In this document: one piece after another, positions 1-10,733 of the stretch
Numbering within the stretch: position 1 is the first letter of the stretch
How the letters are laid out: every line of letters begins with the position of its first letter
DNA from: Candidatus Latescibacterota bacterium
GTDB lineage: Bacteria > Latescibacterota > UBA2968
Reading direction: 5' to 3'
Length of the DNA: 64,000 nucleotides
Assembly: GCA_965198115.1 (NCBI GenBank)
Contig: OZ240241.1
Location: 1,504,001 to 1,568,000, forward strand
Translations under genes and position numbers: made by a program
Notes under the pieces: generated by a model
The model's database searches: none
What the model was told of the DNA's origin: nothing
What the model saw: the letters and a program-made list of their open reading frames with translations, nothing else

Positions 1-1653
1 ACTCAAGGGCGCGAAGCAACAGAACTCCACCGTCACTCCTGACGGCGCCACCGGCAAAATCAGCCTCAACTACCTTGCCCGAAATGCTTGCGAATGGTAA
101 CCGGATCTGACTAGGTTCTATCACGGTAGTTCCTTCCAAGTGTTGTTTTGATGTGTCAGCCCTAAATGTAGGGAAAAACAAACACTTGTACAAGGGGACT
201 ACCTTTTTTATGGCTATATCCGGATCTCTCAACGAGATGAAGTGGGTGAAGGTGCCGTGGTTCCTGGCATGGGGGCGCGGTTAGAGTGTGCGGAACCTCT
301 TCGGAATCTGCTCAGGGATGTTTATGTCTCCGACGGTAAGGAAGATCATATCGTTGAATGCGTCGAGTGTGCGGAATCCGCTGGCTCGGTTCTTGACGAT
401 TTGGACGATTCGGTTGAGGCCTTCGGCGATGGCGTTGGTAAGACGCGTGTTCACGAATGCGAGGACGCCGAAGAAGTGCTGTCGCAGGGTCCTGACGAAC
501 TTTCGCAGGGGTTCAAGTCGACTTCTGAGTGCGGACGTCGTCCAGCATTTCAGGAAGCGTTCGGCAGCCCAGGGCGCTTTGTATTCCCAGAACTGCTCGA
601 ACTCGTCCTTGAGTCTCCAGGCTCTATAGATTCGGTAGTTCGCCTTCTCCAGTGCTTTGAGTGTCCGAGTATCCCCTCTGGAGCGTGTCGCTGAGTGCCG
701 GTAGAGGAGCCATCGGAGGCCCTTCATGGCTTTGCGCTCATCCGGGGCAGCTTTACGCCACTGGTCCTTACGGACCTCGTCAACGGCGGCATTGAGAGCC
801 TTGACGATGTGAAAGCGATCGAGGACCAGCTTGGCATTCGGACAGTGTTCCTGGATGGCTCCGATGTAAGCTTCGCTCATGTCGCAGCAGGCCCACTCGA
901 TCTTGGATCTCTGGTAGGGACTGAGAGCCTCTGTGAAGAACCGATCGATCGTTTTACGCGCCCTGCCGCGGCCAACCCACACCACGCAGGAGCGGTCCAG
1001 ATCGTAAACGAGCGTGGCGTACCTGTGACGCTTGGCGTAGGAGATCTCGTCGATCCCGATGGTTTTGAGCCCTCGGATACGATGACCTTCACGAAGCCGC
1101 GTGATGGATCGGTGAAGGAGATCCGACAGCGTCGAGGCAGAGATGCGCAGCAACTCGGACGCCGCCTTCTGCGTCATGGTCTGGCAGTAGCGCAGCATGG
1201 CATACTCGAAGCGATACGTCACCCGAGAGAACCGCTCCGCCCACGGAATCTCCTCGACCACACGACCGTGGGTAGGACACCGAATCTCCCGAGGATGGTA
1301 GAGAAGCCAGACCCTCCACCCGCACACCGGAATGTCACGCCACCGACGCGGATGGGGCATTGTGCGGACGATTTTACCTCGACGGCCGCACTCCGGACAA
1401 CAACACAACCATTCTTATGTGGCTTTACGGCGATGACGAAACAGCTTCTCCCCTCAAACCACCAGCTGACAACACGGAACCCCTTGAATCTCAGCAGTTT
1501 CGATAGTAATCTGCTCCCGGTCATAGGTCGCACCCCCTTCGCTTTGATTGTCCTACACACACAACCAAGCGTAGGGAACGATCTATGACCTTGTCATTCT
1601 ATAGTTTCACCGTTGAGAAACCCGGATAGAGCCTTTTTTATGCATAATTCAGG
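1..1653 (-). mobile_element. IS1380-family element, left part (runs off window start), interrupted by ISL3
   Basis: 1-211 plus 1642-1653 are the reverse complement of the left end of the IS at 29526 (cctgaattatgcataaaaaagg...), including the start of its transposase. Confidence 0.9.
212..1633 (-). mobile_element. ISL3-family IS copy 1; transposase frameshifted by a 2-bp insertion near 1405
   Basis: 23-bp IRs ggctatatccggatctctcaacg / ggctctatccgggtttctcaacg; 8-bp TSD ttttttat (204-211, 1634-1641); CPECG Zn finger, IGIDE, CCDMS, LDRFH, AEGLN motifs; 1422 bp versus 1420 bp for the other copies. Confidence 0.95.
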
Positions 1654-2193
1654 CTAGTGGTGAACCGCGTCCCCACGACGGACAAAAGTGTGACACGCCG
1701 GATCCTGCTCGTCGTCTGGCTCTTCGGTGTGGTAGTCGGCATTGTAGCTGCACCGGGCTGAAGACAACATTCTGAGACTCACCCACCCACGTTCATCGGC
1801 ATAGGCCTGAACGCGGTCGATCGGCGCCTTGGCAACGACACCCAGGTTGATCCGTTGCGTCACGTGGCCGGCGCTTCCGTTCAGGCTGTCCAGAAAAGCC
1901 GTACACATCGGACACGGCTTCTCCCAGGTTGGACCGAACATGAAGCTGTAGAGAATCAGGGAGTCCTTGCCGTCTGCGAAGAGCTTCGAGATCGGTACCC
2001 GCTGCACCTCTCCGTGCACAATTTCATCGAACGCATAGTCTTCGCGAACCTCTCCACCCAGCGGAAGCGATCGCCGGACGTCGGCGACACGCTCGATCTG
2101 CGCGCGAAGTTCGATTTCCATATCCAGCAAGTCGTCGCGTGCTGCCCGATACGGGGAGGATTCGTTGGGATATCGAACGTCGTGAACCGACAC
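1654..2193 (-). CDS. DUF899 family (thioredoxin-like) protein, probably 3'-truncated at the IS1380 end
   Basis: AARDDLL..E.ELRAQIERVA..RRSLPLG, YSFMFGP..CPMCT motifs; AAGGAGG upstream of GTG at 2193; stop abuts the IS end. Confidence 0.8.
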   Translation of the reverse strand: MSVHDVRYPNESSPYRAARDDLLDMEIELRAQIERVADVRRSLPLGGEVREDYAFDEIVHGEVQRVPISKLFADGKDSLILYSFMFGPTWEKPCPMCTAFLDSLNGSAGHVTQRINLGVVAKAPIDRVQAYADERGWVSLRMLSSARCSYNADYHTEEPDDEQDPACHTFVRRGDAVHH

Positions 2194-2270
2194 GGCTGCC
2201 TCCTTGGCGCAGGTTTGTCGACATGAACCTCTCAAGAGTAAGACGATCCGACGCGCCCTTTCTGGACACG

Positions 2271-3068
2271 CTACACAGCAGCCTGGATGCCCCGCACGAA
2301 ACCGAGTGTGAACGCAAGATCACGGTCGACATCGTCGGGTTCTTTCGAGCCGACACACTCCACATACATCGGCCCGCTAAATCCACCCGCTCGCAAGTGC
2401 CCGATCACGAAAGGGAAGTCGACCCATCCTTCCCCGGGCGTAATCATGACATCGGGCTTCCCATCTTTCACGTGGCAGTCCTTGATGATCAGGGTCGATG
2501 TCATTGCAGCGACGGCGTCCACTTCCTGTTCGGGTCGAACCTCACCCACCGTGTAGTGAATGATGTTTCCCGGGTCGTAGGAAATGCTGAAGGCGGGGTG
2601 ATCCACCTGCCCGTGTAGGTCGGCCAACTCCTGGGCGGTTAGGCTGATCCCTCCGTGAGGCTTAAGAGAGATGCCCACGTTCGCTTCGGCCGCGTGAGGA
2701 GCGACACGCCTCATCACCTCGGGATAATCCTCGTAATACTCCTCCTGACTCGTTCCCAACTCCAGGAGCCACGAGGCCCCGAGGGCGGCGGCGTTGTCGA
2801 TCAGACGCCTGTAGTCATCGACCGTACCGTCGAGCCCGAGATCTAGATGGGTCCTGCCCAGCAGCATAGACGGCTTGAGGCCCGCGTTGGCTGCCGCCGA
2901 ACGCGCTGCGTCGACCTGTTCCCCCGTCGATGAAGAATCTACGGGCATCGTTCGATCGTGCGCGAAAACGGCGACATCGGTGTAGCCAGCCTTGGCGATT
3001 CGCTCGCAGGCTTCGGCGAAGGAGCATCCGCTATAGGGTCTCGTGGTGCTGCCAACTACTTCGTTCAT
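2271..3068 (-). CDS. sugar phosphate isomerase/epimerase (xylose isomerase-like TIM barrel)
   Basis: KPHGG, YDPGN, IKD, PGEGWVDF, F.GPMYVE motifs; start taken at MNEVVG. Confidence 0.8.
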   Translation of the reverse strand: MNEVVGSTTRPYSGCSFAEACERIAKAGYTDVAVFAHDRTMPVDSSSTGEQVDAARSAAANAGLKPSMLLGRTHLDLGLDGTVDDYRRLIDNAAALGASWLLELGTSQEEYYEDYPEVMRRVAPHAAEANVGISLKPHGGISLTAQELADLHGQVDHPAFSISYDPGNIIHYTVGEVRPEQEVDAVAAMTSTLIIKDCHVKDGKPDVMITPGEGWVDFPFVIGHLRAGGFSGPMYVECVGSKEPDDVDRDLAFTLGFVRGIQAAV

Positions 3069-3195
3069 GGGATTTATCCTCGTCGCCTTCCAAAGGGTTC
3101 GTAGCGTTTCCGCGCTCTGTGATCCGTGAGTACATTGGCCGGTCGTCCGAATATACATCCTCGCAGCTTTCCAACCATCATCACCCGAGGCCATT

Positions 3196-4875
3196 GTGGC
3201 CGACGTGCATTGGGGAGCCAGGGCCGCCATCGGGCTCTTTCTCGCGACTTTCCTCTGTGTTGTGCTCCCCGTCCAGGGCGACACATCAGGGTGGAGTCTG
3301 TTTCCCCCACTGTGTGCGATCTTCATCGGCGTACTCAGCGGACGCCTCGTCATCGGGTTGAGCGTGGCCGTTCTGGGCGCCGCCGTCATCGCGTCTACCG
3401 AGACCGGCTCTCTCGCCATCATCCAGGATGCCGTCCGTACCGCGTGTCTCGACTACCTCTGGGGCCAGGTCACGGGCGAGTTCTCGCTCTACATCCTGGG
3501 CTTCACGATCGCTCTCATCGGCATGGTCCGTGTGACCTCGCTTGCCGGCGGCAATGCAGGGATAGCCGATCTGCTCGCCCGCGGCGCCGGAGGCGCCCAT
3601 TCCGCCCGCAAAGCCACGGTGCTGCTCGGACTGGCCATCTTCTTCGACGATTATGCCAACACGATCGTGGCAGGTTCGACCATGCGTCCCATCACGGATC
3701 GCTTTCACGTGTCTCGCGAGAAACTGGCCTATCTCGTCGATTCGACGGCGGCTCCGATCGCCGGCCTCGCTCTCATCAGCACCTGGATCGGCTATGAAGT
3801 CGGGCTGTTCGAGGGTCTCATGGTTGACCTGGGCACGGGTCATTCCGGGTATGCCCTCTTCTTCATGGCCTTGCCGGCCAGGTTCTACTGCATACTCGCC
3901 CTCGTCTTCGTCGCCGTATCGACCTGGTCGGGGAGGGACTTCGGTCCCATGCTGACGGCTGAAAGACGGGCACAGGAAACCGGCAAGGTCCTGCGGGATG
4001 GCGCAAAACCCCTGACCGGCCGTGAGACAGGGGTCGCCATTGCACGGGACATCGAGCCGGCCTGGTGGGTCGCAGCGCTCCCCGTCATCGCGGTCGTGCT
4101 CGCCGTCGTCGCAGGGGTCGCTCTGGATGCGGCGGATAGCGACGCCGTCCTGGCCGCACGATCCGAGCACGGCGCACTGAGCTCACACTACTGGGCCGCG
4201 GCCTTTTCGAACGCGAATTCTGGACGCGTCCTGTTTGACGCCGCCCTCGTCGGTTCGGCACTCGCACTCGTGCTCGCGCTCTCGAGACGCGATTCAGGGC
4301 GTAAACGACCCATCACCCTCGCAGCAGCGTTGACGACCTACGCTCGGGGCGTGATCGGCATCCAGTACGCAATTGCGATCCTGGTTCTAGCGTGGGCCAT
4401 CAAAGAAGCCTGTACAGCCGTCGGAACGGCCGACTACCTGACAGCCATTCTCAGCCCCCTCATCTCACCCACGATCCTCCCGCTCCTGATTTTCCTCCTC
4501 GCAGCCACGGTGGCGTTCAGCATCGGCACATCGTGGGCGACCATGGCGATCCTCGTCCCCACGGTCGTTCCCCTTGCCCACAACCTCGGTGGCCTGCCAC
4601 TCACGATTCTGGCGGCCGCCGCCGTGTTGGATGGCGCCATCTTCGGCGACCACTGCTCGCCCATCAGCGACACCACGGTCATGTCGAGCATCGCTTCATC
4701 CAGCGACCACCTCGACCACGTGCGCACGCAGATTCCCTATGCCGTCGTGACGATGCTCTGCGCAGCCCTGTTCGGATACCTCGGAGCGGCCACGCTCTAT
4801 CCCGCCTGGTTTGGCGCAATCCTGGGGGCAGCGGCCATCACCGCCATTATCTTCTCTTTTGGAAAGCGGATCTGA
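3196..4875 (+). CDS. Na+/H+ antiporter NhaC family membrane protein
   Basis: IFFDDYANT, SREKLAYLVDSTAAP, GTSWATM, GAIFGDHCSPISDTT motifs; many TM segments. Confidence 0.9.
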   Translation: MADVHWGARAAIGLFLATFLCVVLPVQGDTSGWSLFPPLCAIFIGVLSGRLVIGLSVAVLGAAVIASTETGSLAIIQDAVRTACLDYLWGQVTGEFSLYILGFTIALIGMVRVTSLAGGNAGIADLLARGAGGAHSARKATVLLGLAIFFDDYANTIVAGSTMRPITDRFHVSREKLAYLVDSTAAPIAGLALISTWIGYEVGLFEGLMVDLGTGHSGYALFFMALPARFYCILALVFVAVSTWSGRDFGPMLTAERRAQETGKVLRDGAKPLTGRETGVAIARDIEPAWWVAALPVIAVVLAVVAGVALDAADSDAVLAARSEHGALSSHYWAAAFSNANSGRVLFDAALVGSALALVLALSRRDSGRKRPITLAAALTTYARGVIGIQYAIAILVLAWAIKEACTAVGTADYLTAILSPLISPTILPLLIFLLAATVAFSIGTSWATMAILVPTVVPLAHNLGGLPLTILAAAAVLDGAIFGDHCSPISDTTVMSSIASSSDHLDHVRTQIPYAVVTMLCAALFGYLGAATLYPAWFGAILGAAAITAIIFSFGKRI

Positions 4876-5022
4876 AGCCAGTGTCACTCGTCTGGACACT
4901 GACATTATGGCAGTAACGCCCTTCGTCCCCATCCCTGATGTATCCGATTTAGTATCAATCCTTTACATAAATTTCTCTTACGGCACGGCGGTTGCACCTC
5001 CAAGGGGGAAAGGAGGTTCACC

Positions 5023-5900
5023 GTGTATCGACTCCAATCCGTGCTCATCCTCACAGCCCTCATCGGACTTTTGCCTGGCTGGGCTTTGTGGTTCTCGGGC
5101 TCACCGGTGCGGTCTTCGTCCTGGGTGCCGGTCTGGTCCTCAATCTCGCGACTGCTCGATCGGCCGTTCGAATGATTCTTCGCTTCCACCGGGCGCGGCT
5201 GATGCAGCCGGGTGAGGCACCGGGTCTCGTGGCCTCGATCCAGGACCTGGCGTCGCGAGCCGGGATATCCGCACCCCATTTGGCATTCTACCCCTCTGAT
5301 GTTCCGAATGCGTTCGCCCTCGCCACACGAGGTGGGCCCGGGGTCGTGGCCATCAGCACGGCCCTGCCCCGTATCCTCGACGGCGGTGAGCTGAGGGGCG
5401 TACTGGCACACGAAATCGCACATCTGCGCAATCGGGACAGTCTCCTCAGTCTTTCCGGAGGGCTGTTCGTCCAATCCATCACGACCGTGTCGAACCTGTT
5501 CGGGCTGTTTTTGTTCCTCCTCGTTCTGGCCGGCTACGCACCACCGCAAGGCGCACTCCTCCTGGCGTTCCTCGTCATCGCCGCGCCCTATGCCGCGCGT
5601 GCGCTTCACGCAGGTCTGATGCGAACACGCGAGCGACTCGCCGACCAGGATGCGGCCCTCATGACGGGCGAACCGAAGGGATTGGCGTCGGCTCTCGTCA
5701 AACTCGAGCGCTACAACCGCTACCTGGCCGGACTCCTTCGGCGATTTCGATTCATCTACACGACCCAGCTCGAAGAGGGCCCACCGTGGCTCCGTACGCA
5801 CCCCTCCACATCCGACCGGGTGTCAGCCCTGCTCGACCTCAACAGCCGGGTTCGGTTTCTTCCCACATCGACCCGCACCCGGCAAATCCAGATCGGGTAA
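5023..5900 (+). CDS. htpX: M48 family zinc metalloprotease (HtpX-like); likely frameshift near 5070
   Basis: PNAFA, HEIAH (HExxH), RE..AD..AA, THP motifs; AGGAGG then GTG at 5023 reads MYRLQSVLILTALIGL and joins the main frame if one T is added to the T-run. Confidence 0.8.
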
Positions 5901-5958
5901 AAAAAGAAGCCGCCACCAGCGGTTGCTGGAGACGGCCACACACGCAATAGACCTCTGA

Positions 5959-7272
5959 TCAACCTGCCATGGCGGCAAGGAACGAGTCGGCCCCTTCGAG
6001 TTCCTCTTCTACTGCCTCGACCAGCAGCTGCAAACCCCGCTCTTGCATCGAAAACTGGTCGAGGGCGGCCGCCTCAACATCGGGCACCGTACTGTCTCCA
6101 CCCGACCCGAACTCGAGCTGGCGCGTGATCACATCCGCGAGGTGGACGAGGCATACCAACCGCTTGTATCGTGCGGAATCCTGCGGCTTGTGGTGGTAGA
6201 TGATCGTGTTCGTGTAATTGTTCGCAAATTTCCATTCTCCTGCAAGCACGCCACCTATTTCCGCGTGCGTCACGCCCATAATCTCTTGCTCTGCCGCGTA
6301 GATGGACGTGGAGCCGTCACCGACCATTCCGATGACTTCGCCATAGTACTCGCCGAAGTAGCGGTCGAGTACGATCTTCCCAACGTCGTGCAGCATGCCC
6401 GCTAGAAACGCAGACTCGCCCTCCTGCAGCACCTTCTTCGAAATGGCTCGAGAGGCGAAACCGACACCGACCGCGTGACGCCAGAACTCCTTACAGTCGA
6501 GTCCGGAACCGTCGTCATAATTCCCGAGCTTGTCGTAGACCTGCGCCGCCATCACGATGTTGGCGAGCTCCTCGAGTCCCAACAGAGTCACGGCCAGTTG
6601 CAAAGAGTCGACCTTCTTTCGGAACCCGTAGCCAGCCGAGTTCACGATCTTGAACACGGTCGCTAGCAGACCCGAATCGAGCTGCAGCTTATCTGCAACA
6701 TCTTCGCTCGACGAATCTTCGCTGTTGGCGAGCTTCAAAATCTCCGCGTGTGTAGCTGGAAACGAGGGCAATCCCTCGATCGACTTGACGCGATTCGTGA
6801 TGTCGCTAGAAAGTCCGGACTCGTCCTCCTCCTCGCCCGGCTTTGGTGCCTCGGCCGCTCCGTCAGCGTCGCCGTCACCCTCGGCGACTGGATCCGCCGC
6901 ACGAACCGTCGCGAGGCTGTCCAGACGTCCTTTCAGGTCACTCGGCTTAAACGGCTTGGCAAGAAAGGAGTCGGCCCCCGCGTTCTTGGCGCGGATGATC
7001 ATGTCGGGAGAGGGGTTGGCGGCGGTCAGAATGATCGGGACACTGCTGTATTTCGGGTTGATGCCCACAAGCTCCGTCAGCTTGATCCCGTTGCCCGGTA
7101 TGTCCACTTCGACAATGATGGCCTCGGGGAGTAATTCTCGAAGCTTTTGGACGGCCCCCAGCCCATCGTGGGCGACATCCGTCGAATAGTCGCTGCCGAT
7201 CATCTTGGCGATCAATCCCGACAGCTTTTCTCCATCCACGATCAGAACGGGTTTGGTTTCTTCTTCAGCCAT
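5959..7272 (-). CDS. receiver domain + HDOD domain signalling protein
   Basis: N-terminal receiver (LIVD, PIILTA, FLAKPF); HDOD LPSFP, NSA.YG, FWRH, AGMLHDVGK, HAEIG. Confidence 0.9.
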   Translation of the reverse strand: MAEEETKPVLIVDGEKLSGLIAKMIGSDYSTDVAHDGLGAVQKLRELLPEAIIVEVDIPGNGIKLTELVGINPKYSSVPIILTAANPSPDMIIRAKNAGADSFLAKPFKPSDLKGRLDSLATVRAADPVAEGDGDADGAAEAPKPGEEEDESGLSSDITNRVKSIEGLPSFPATHAEILKLANSEDSSSEDVADKLQLDSGLLATVFKIVNSAGYGFRKKVDSLQLAVTLLGLEELANIVMAAQVYDKLGNYDDGSGLDCKEFWRHAVGVGFASRAISKKVLQEGESAFLAGMLHDVGKIVLDRYFGEYYGEVIGMVGDGSTSIYAAEQEIMGVTHAEIGGVLAGEWKFANNYTNTIIYHHKPQDSARYKRLVCLVHLADVITRQLEFGSGGDSTVPDVEAAALDQFSMQERGLQLLVEAVEEELEGADSFLAAMAG

Positions 7273-7329
7273 GGCCTTACTGCGCACCTCGTTGCAAGTC
7301 GCATCCTGGGGGAATCAAAACGGCCATAA

Positions 7330-7976
7330 GTCATGACCTCCGGCAAAGCCGGAGGCTTGAAAACTTGTGAACCGCTCAAAGCGGTTGGAAACCAAGCGCC
7401 ACCTAAAGGTGGCGATTACCTGAAAATGTTGAGCTGGTCGAGACTCAGGTCCTCCCGCTCCTGGTTCTGGATATACTCCCGAACCGTCTGTTCATCCTTG
7501 CCAACGGTGGAGACCCAGTAGCCTCTTGCCCAGAAATGCTGCCCGGTGAAGTTCGACCTAACCTACGTCCCAGATAGTTCCGAGCAATGTGAATCGCACT
7601 CTTTCCTTTGATGAACCCTACCGTCTGAGCTACTGAGTGCTTCGGCGGGATCGAAATCAACGTGTGCACATGGTCGGATCGCAGGTGACCCTCTTCCACA
7701 CGGCATTCCTTCTGTGCGGCCAGATCCCGAATCACCTCGCCCAGATAGCGACGAATTTCACCATACAACACTTTTCTACGATACTTCCGAACCCAAACAA
7801 CGTCATACTTGCACTCCCATACCGTGTGACGTAGACTCCTTACGTTGTTCATTAGAGAGCCTTCCTTCCGTGTGCTTTGAGCGGTCCACGGCAAGGGAGG
7901 CCTCTTACATATTTCTGGAACTGTCAAACTCTGGGAGTCTCCCCGGCAGAGCCGGGGGCTTACCAAGGTTTAGTTA
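7330..7976 (-). mobile_element. tnpA: IS200/IS605-family element (tnpA only) copy 1, tnpA frameshifted near 7560
   Basis: near-identical to 23394-24034; subterminal hairpins cctccggcaaagccggagg and ccccggcagagccgggg; HUH motif DHVH; extra bases at 7556-7566. Confidence 0.9.
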
Positions 7977-8016
7977 ACAGATCAGTAGGAAATCTACAAA
8001 AAATGGGGCCGCTCTG

Positions 8017-9711
8017 TCAAAGGTAGGCTTCGGTGACGTATCGACGCATCATTCGGTGGGTATTGAAGTAGTAGGCATTCTTGCCAATAGCGCTCTTCAT
8101 GACCTGTATCCACCCTGCCCTGTCATCGTAGTAGGTTGGAATAATCACCTTCTCCAGCTTGCGATACAGCCCCTCCAGATCCTCCGCGTCGTCTCGCTCT
8201 CCAACGGAAACTTCGGTAGCCTCGGGGCCGATCGCCCAGCCCGTCACACCCTCGATATGCCCTTCTATCCACCAGCCGTCGAGCACGCTGAAATTCGGCA
8301 CACCGTTGTGGGCAGCCTTCATTCCGCTCGTTCCGGAGGCCTCCTGGGGGCGGATCGGGTTGTTGAGCCAGACGTCGACCCCCGGAATCAGGGTGTAGGC
8401 CAGATCCATATCATAGCCCGGTACAAAAACCCCTCGAATGTCGTCCCCGAGGGATTGTAGACCCGCAACCACACGCTGAATCAGCTCCTTCCCCATCGTA
8501 TCGGCCGGATGCGCCTTCCCCGCGAAAACGATCTGCAGCTTGCCTTTGCCGATACGACGAAGACGATCCAGGTCGGAGAAGATCAGGTCTGCCCGTTTGT
8601 AGGTCGCCGCGCGCCTGGCGAACCCCAGGGTCAGGACGTCCGGGTCCAGTTCCGTAGCCGTCCTCTCCCGCACGAGATCGACCAGACGCGATTTGGCCGT
8701 CTGATGCGCGGTCCAGATCGCTTCATCAGGAATGTGATCAACCCGGACGAACAACTCCGGCTCGTTCGCCCACCCGGGGATGTAACGATCGAACAGATCG
8801 CGAAACGGAGGAGACGTCCACGTGTAGGAGTGAATCCCGTTCGTGATCGCGTGAATCGCATATCCGTGGAACATGTTCTGGGACACTTCGCCGTGTTTTT
8901 TTGCGACCCCGTTCACATACTGGCTCAGGTTGAGAGCCAGAACGGTCATATTCAAGGCGTCTTGACCACCCAGTTCGCGAAGCAGATCGTAGTCGACCGT
9001 ATCACCCAGTACGCGAGACACTTCATCGTAGCTGAACCTGTCGTGACCGGCCTCGACGGGAGTGTGGGTCGTAAACACGCAGCGTGACCTCACTGCCTCA
9101 TCGTCCCACTGAAGACGCTCGTCCCAGACCTGCTGCAGGGGCCGCTTGCCCTGCCTCAGGAGCTCAACCGTGAGGAGGGCGGCGTGTCCTTCGTTCATGT
9201 GATACTTCTTGACCTCGATGCCCAGTTCGTCCAGCATCTGGACGCCCCCGATGCCCAGTACGACCTCCTGCTTCAGCCGATGGAGATGATCTCCTCCGTA
9301 GAGCTGGTCAGTCAACCGCCGATCGTTGTCGTCGTTGCCCTCCACATCGGTATCGAGAAAATAGACGGGGATGATCCCACCAGTTGGGCTCACGACATCG
9401 TATTTCCACGCCCGCACCTGGACGGTCCGCCCCTCGATCGTGATGCCAATCGTCGCATCTTTCAAAGACATCAGAGCAGCCGGATCCCAGGCTACCTCGC
9501 CTTCTTCCTGCCAGCCGTCCTCCCGCAGGGTCTGATCGAAGTATCCCTTACGGTGCAGCAATGTGACTACGACCATCGGCAGTCTCAGATCGGCCGCGGA
9601 CTTGATCGTATCACCAGCCAGCACGCCCAGTCCACCGCTGTAGGTCGGCAACTCGGGTGTCAGCCCGATTTCCATCGAAAAGTAGGCGATCCTCGGTTCG
9701 TCGATGTTCAC
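8017..9711 (-). CDS. glgP: alpha-glucan (glycogen/maltodextrin) phosphorylase
   Basis: YFSME.GL, YSGGLGVLAGD, HMNEGH, FARRAATYKR, EASGTSGMK (PLP lysine). Confidence 0.95.
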   Translation of the reverse strand: MNIDEPRIAYFSMEIGLTPELPTYSGGLGVLAGDTIKSAADLRLPMVVVTLLHRKGYFDQTLREDGWQEEGEVAWDPAALMSLKDATIGITIEGRTVQVRAWKYDVVSPTGGIIPVYFLDTDVEGNDDNDRRLTDQLYGGDHLHRLKQEVVLGIGGVQMLDELGIEVKKYHMNEGHAALLTVELLRQGKRPLQQVWDERLQWDDEAVRSRCVFTTHTPVEAGHDRFSYDEVSRVLGDTVDYDLLRELGGQDALNMTVLALNLSQYVNGVAKKHGEVSQNMFHGYAIHAITNGIHSYTWTSPPFRDLFDRYIPGWANEPELFVRVDHIPDEAIWTAHQTAKSRLVDLVRERTATELDPDVLTLGFARRAATYKRADLIFSDLDRLRRIGKGKLQIVFAGKAHPADTMGKELIQRVVAGLQSLGDDIRGVFVPGYDMDLAYTLIPGVDVWLNNPIRPQEASGTSGMKAAHNGVPNFSVLDGWWIEGHIEGVTGWAIGPEATEVSVGERDDAEDLEGLYRKLEKVIIPTYYDDRAGWIQVMKSAIGKNAYYFNTHRMMRRYVTEAYL

Positions 9712-9724
9712 CTGCCCTCACCCC

Positions 9725-10546
9725 CTAAAGACGGTCGATCACCCGTCGCAGTTGCCGAACCCCTTTGAGCATGAGTTCGGGCCCACCCCAGTGTTCGATG
9801 CTCGCAGCACCCCTGTATCCATCGTCTAAGAGCTGCCGCAAGAAGACATCGTAGGGCATGTCGCTCCCGGTGATCGGCTCGATCTCCTTGTCGGGATTGG
9901 GCTTCACGTGAAGGTGGGTAATCCTGCCCTTTATCTGCTCGTAGCCGTCGGGCATGTGCCGCTCCTCGCAACGAATCCCGTTGTTGACATCCCAGCAGAA
10001 ACTGAAGCCCTCGGTCCCGCCGCTCGACGCCTCCAGCGCATCGGCGACCTCACGCGCCTCTCGACACGATCCGACCATCGTCGAGTTCTCGTTCTCCAGG
10101 GAGAGCGTAACGCCGGCATCCCGTGCGCGCTCGACAATAGGCGTAAGGAAAGGCACGATCGTATCGAGGTTGCGCTGGATGCCGGGTCGTGTTCGGTGCT
10201 CTTCCCTACGATGCGGATTCCACAGAGCGAATCCTCGAATGATCGTCGTTTCGAACGCGTGCGCGAGCTCGATCATCCGATCGAACGTGCGTTGATGCTC
10301 AGCCTTCTCCCCATCATCATCGTGCACGCACTTGCCAACGGGTGAGCCAATGCACAGAATCTTCACATCGTGGTGCGCCACGATGTCCTGAACCCGTTTC
10401 ACCGTATCGTCATCGATCTCCTGAACACGCTGTCCCCAGATCCCGCCTCTGAGTTCGATGCCCGTCGCGCCCGCCTCGACACCCAGTCGTACGGCTTTGT
10501 CGAAATCCTCTTTCGATACTTCGTCCGCGAAAAACGCCAGTTCCAT
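9725..10546 (-). CDS. sugar phosphate isomerase/epimerase family protein
   Basis: FADEVS, GSPVGK, LENE, WDVNN, HLHVK, SIEH motifs. Confidence 0.85.
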   Translation of the reverse strand: MELAFFADEVSKEDFDKAVRLGVEAGATGIELRGGIWGQRVQEIDDDTVKRVQDIVAHHDVKILCIGSPVGKCVHDDDGEKAEHQRTFDRMIELAHAFETTIIRGFALWNPHRREEHRTRPGIQRNLDTIVPFLTPIVERARDAGVTLSLENENSTMVGSCREAREVADALEASSGGTEGFSFCWDVNNGIRCEERHMPDGYEQIKGRITHLHVKPNPDKEIEPITGSDMPYDVFLRQLLDDGYRGAASIEHWGGPELMLKGVRQLRRVIDRL

Positions 10547-10733
10547 CCACACTCCCTTGCTCGAACTTACAGCTGGCCCCGAATCGGAAGTAACAAGGTA
10601 TCGGGTCACCGCGACCTGTCAAGAAGTTAGGCTTGAATCACGGCCGCCTTGACAGGTCAGTCACCCGTTCTATACTGAGGCGATCGATGAGTCTCGTCCG
10701 AACGATCCTGTTGATCGAATCGAAAGGAACCTC

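Noticed and set aside
242-1588. Antisense ORFs within ISL3, and other long shadow ORFs in the track
   Set aside because: Expected opposite real genes at high GC; no motifs, and the 297-aa ORF is interrupted by a stop in other copies
7330-7976. TnpB/IscB RNA-guided nuclease system
   Set aside because: The element is only ~640 bp and encodes tnpA alone
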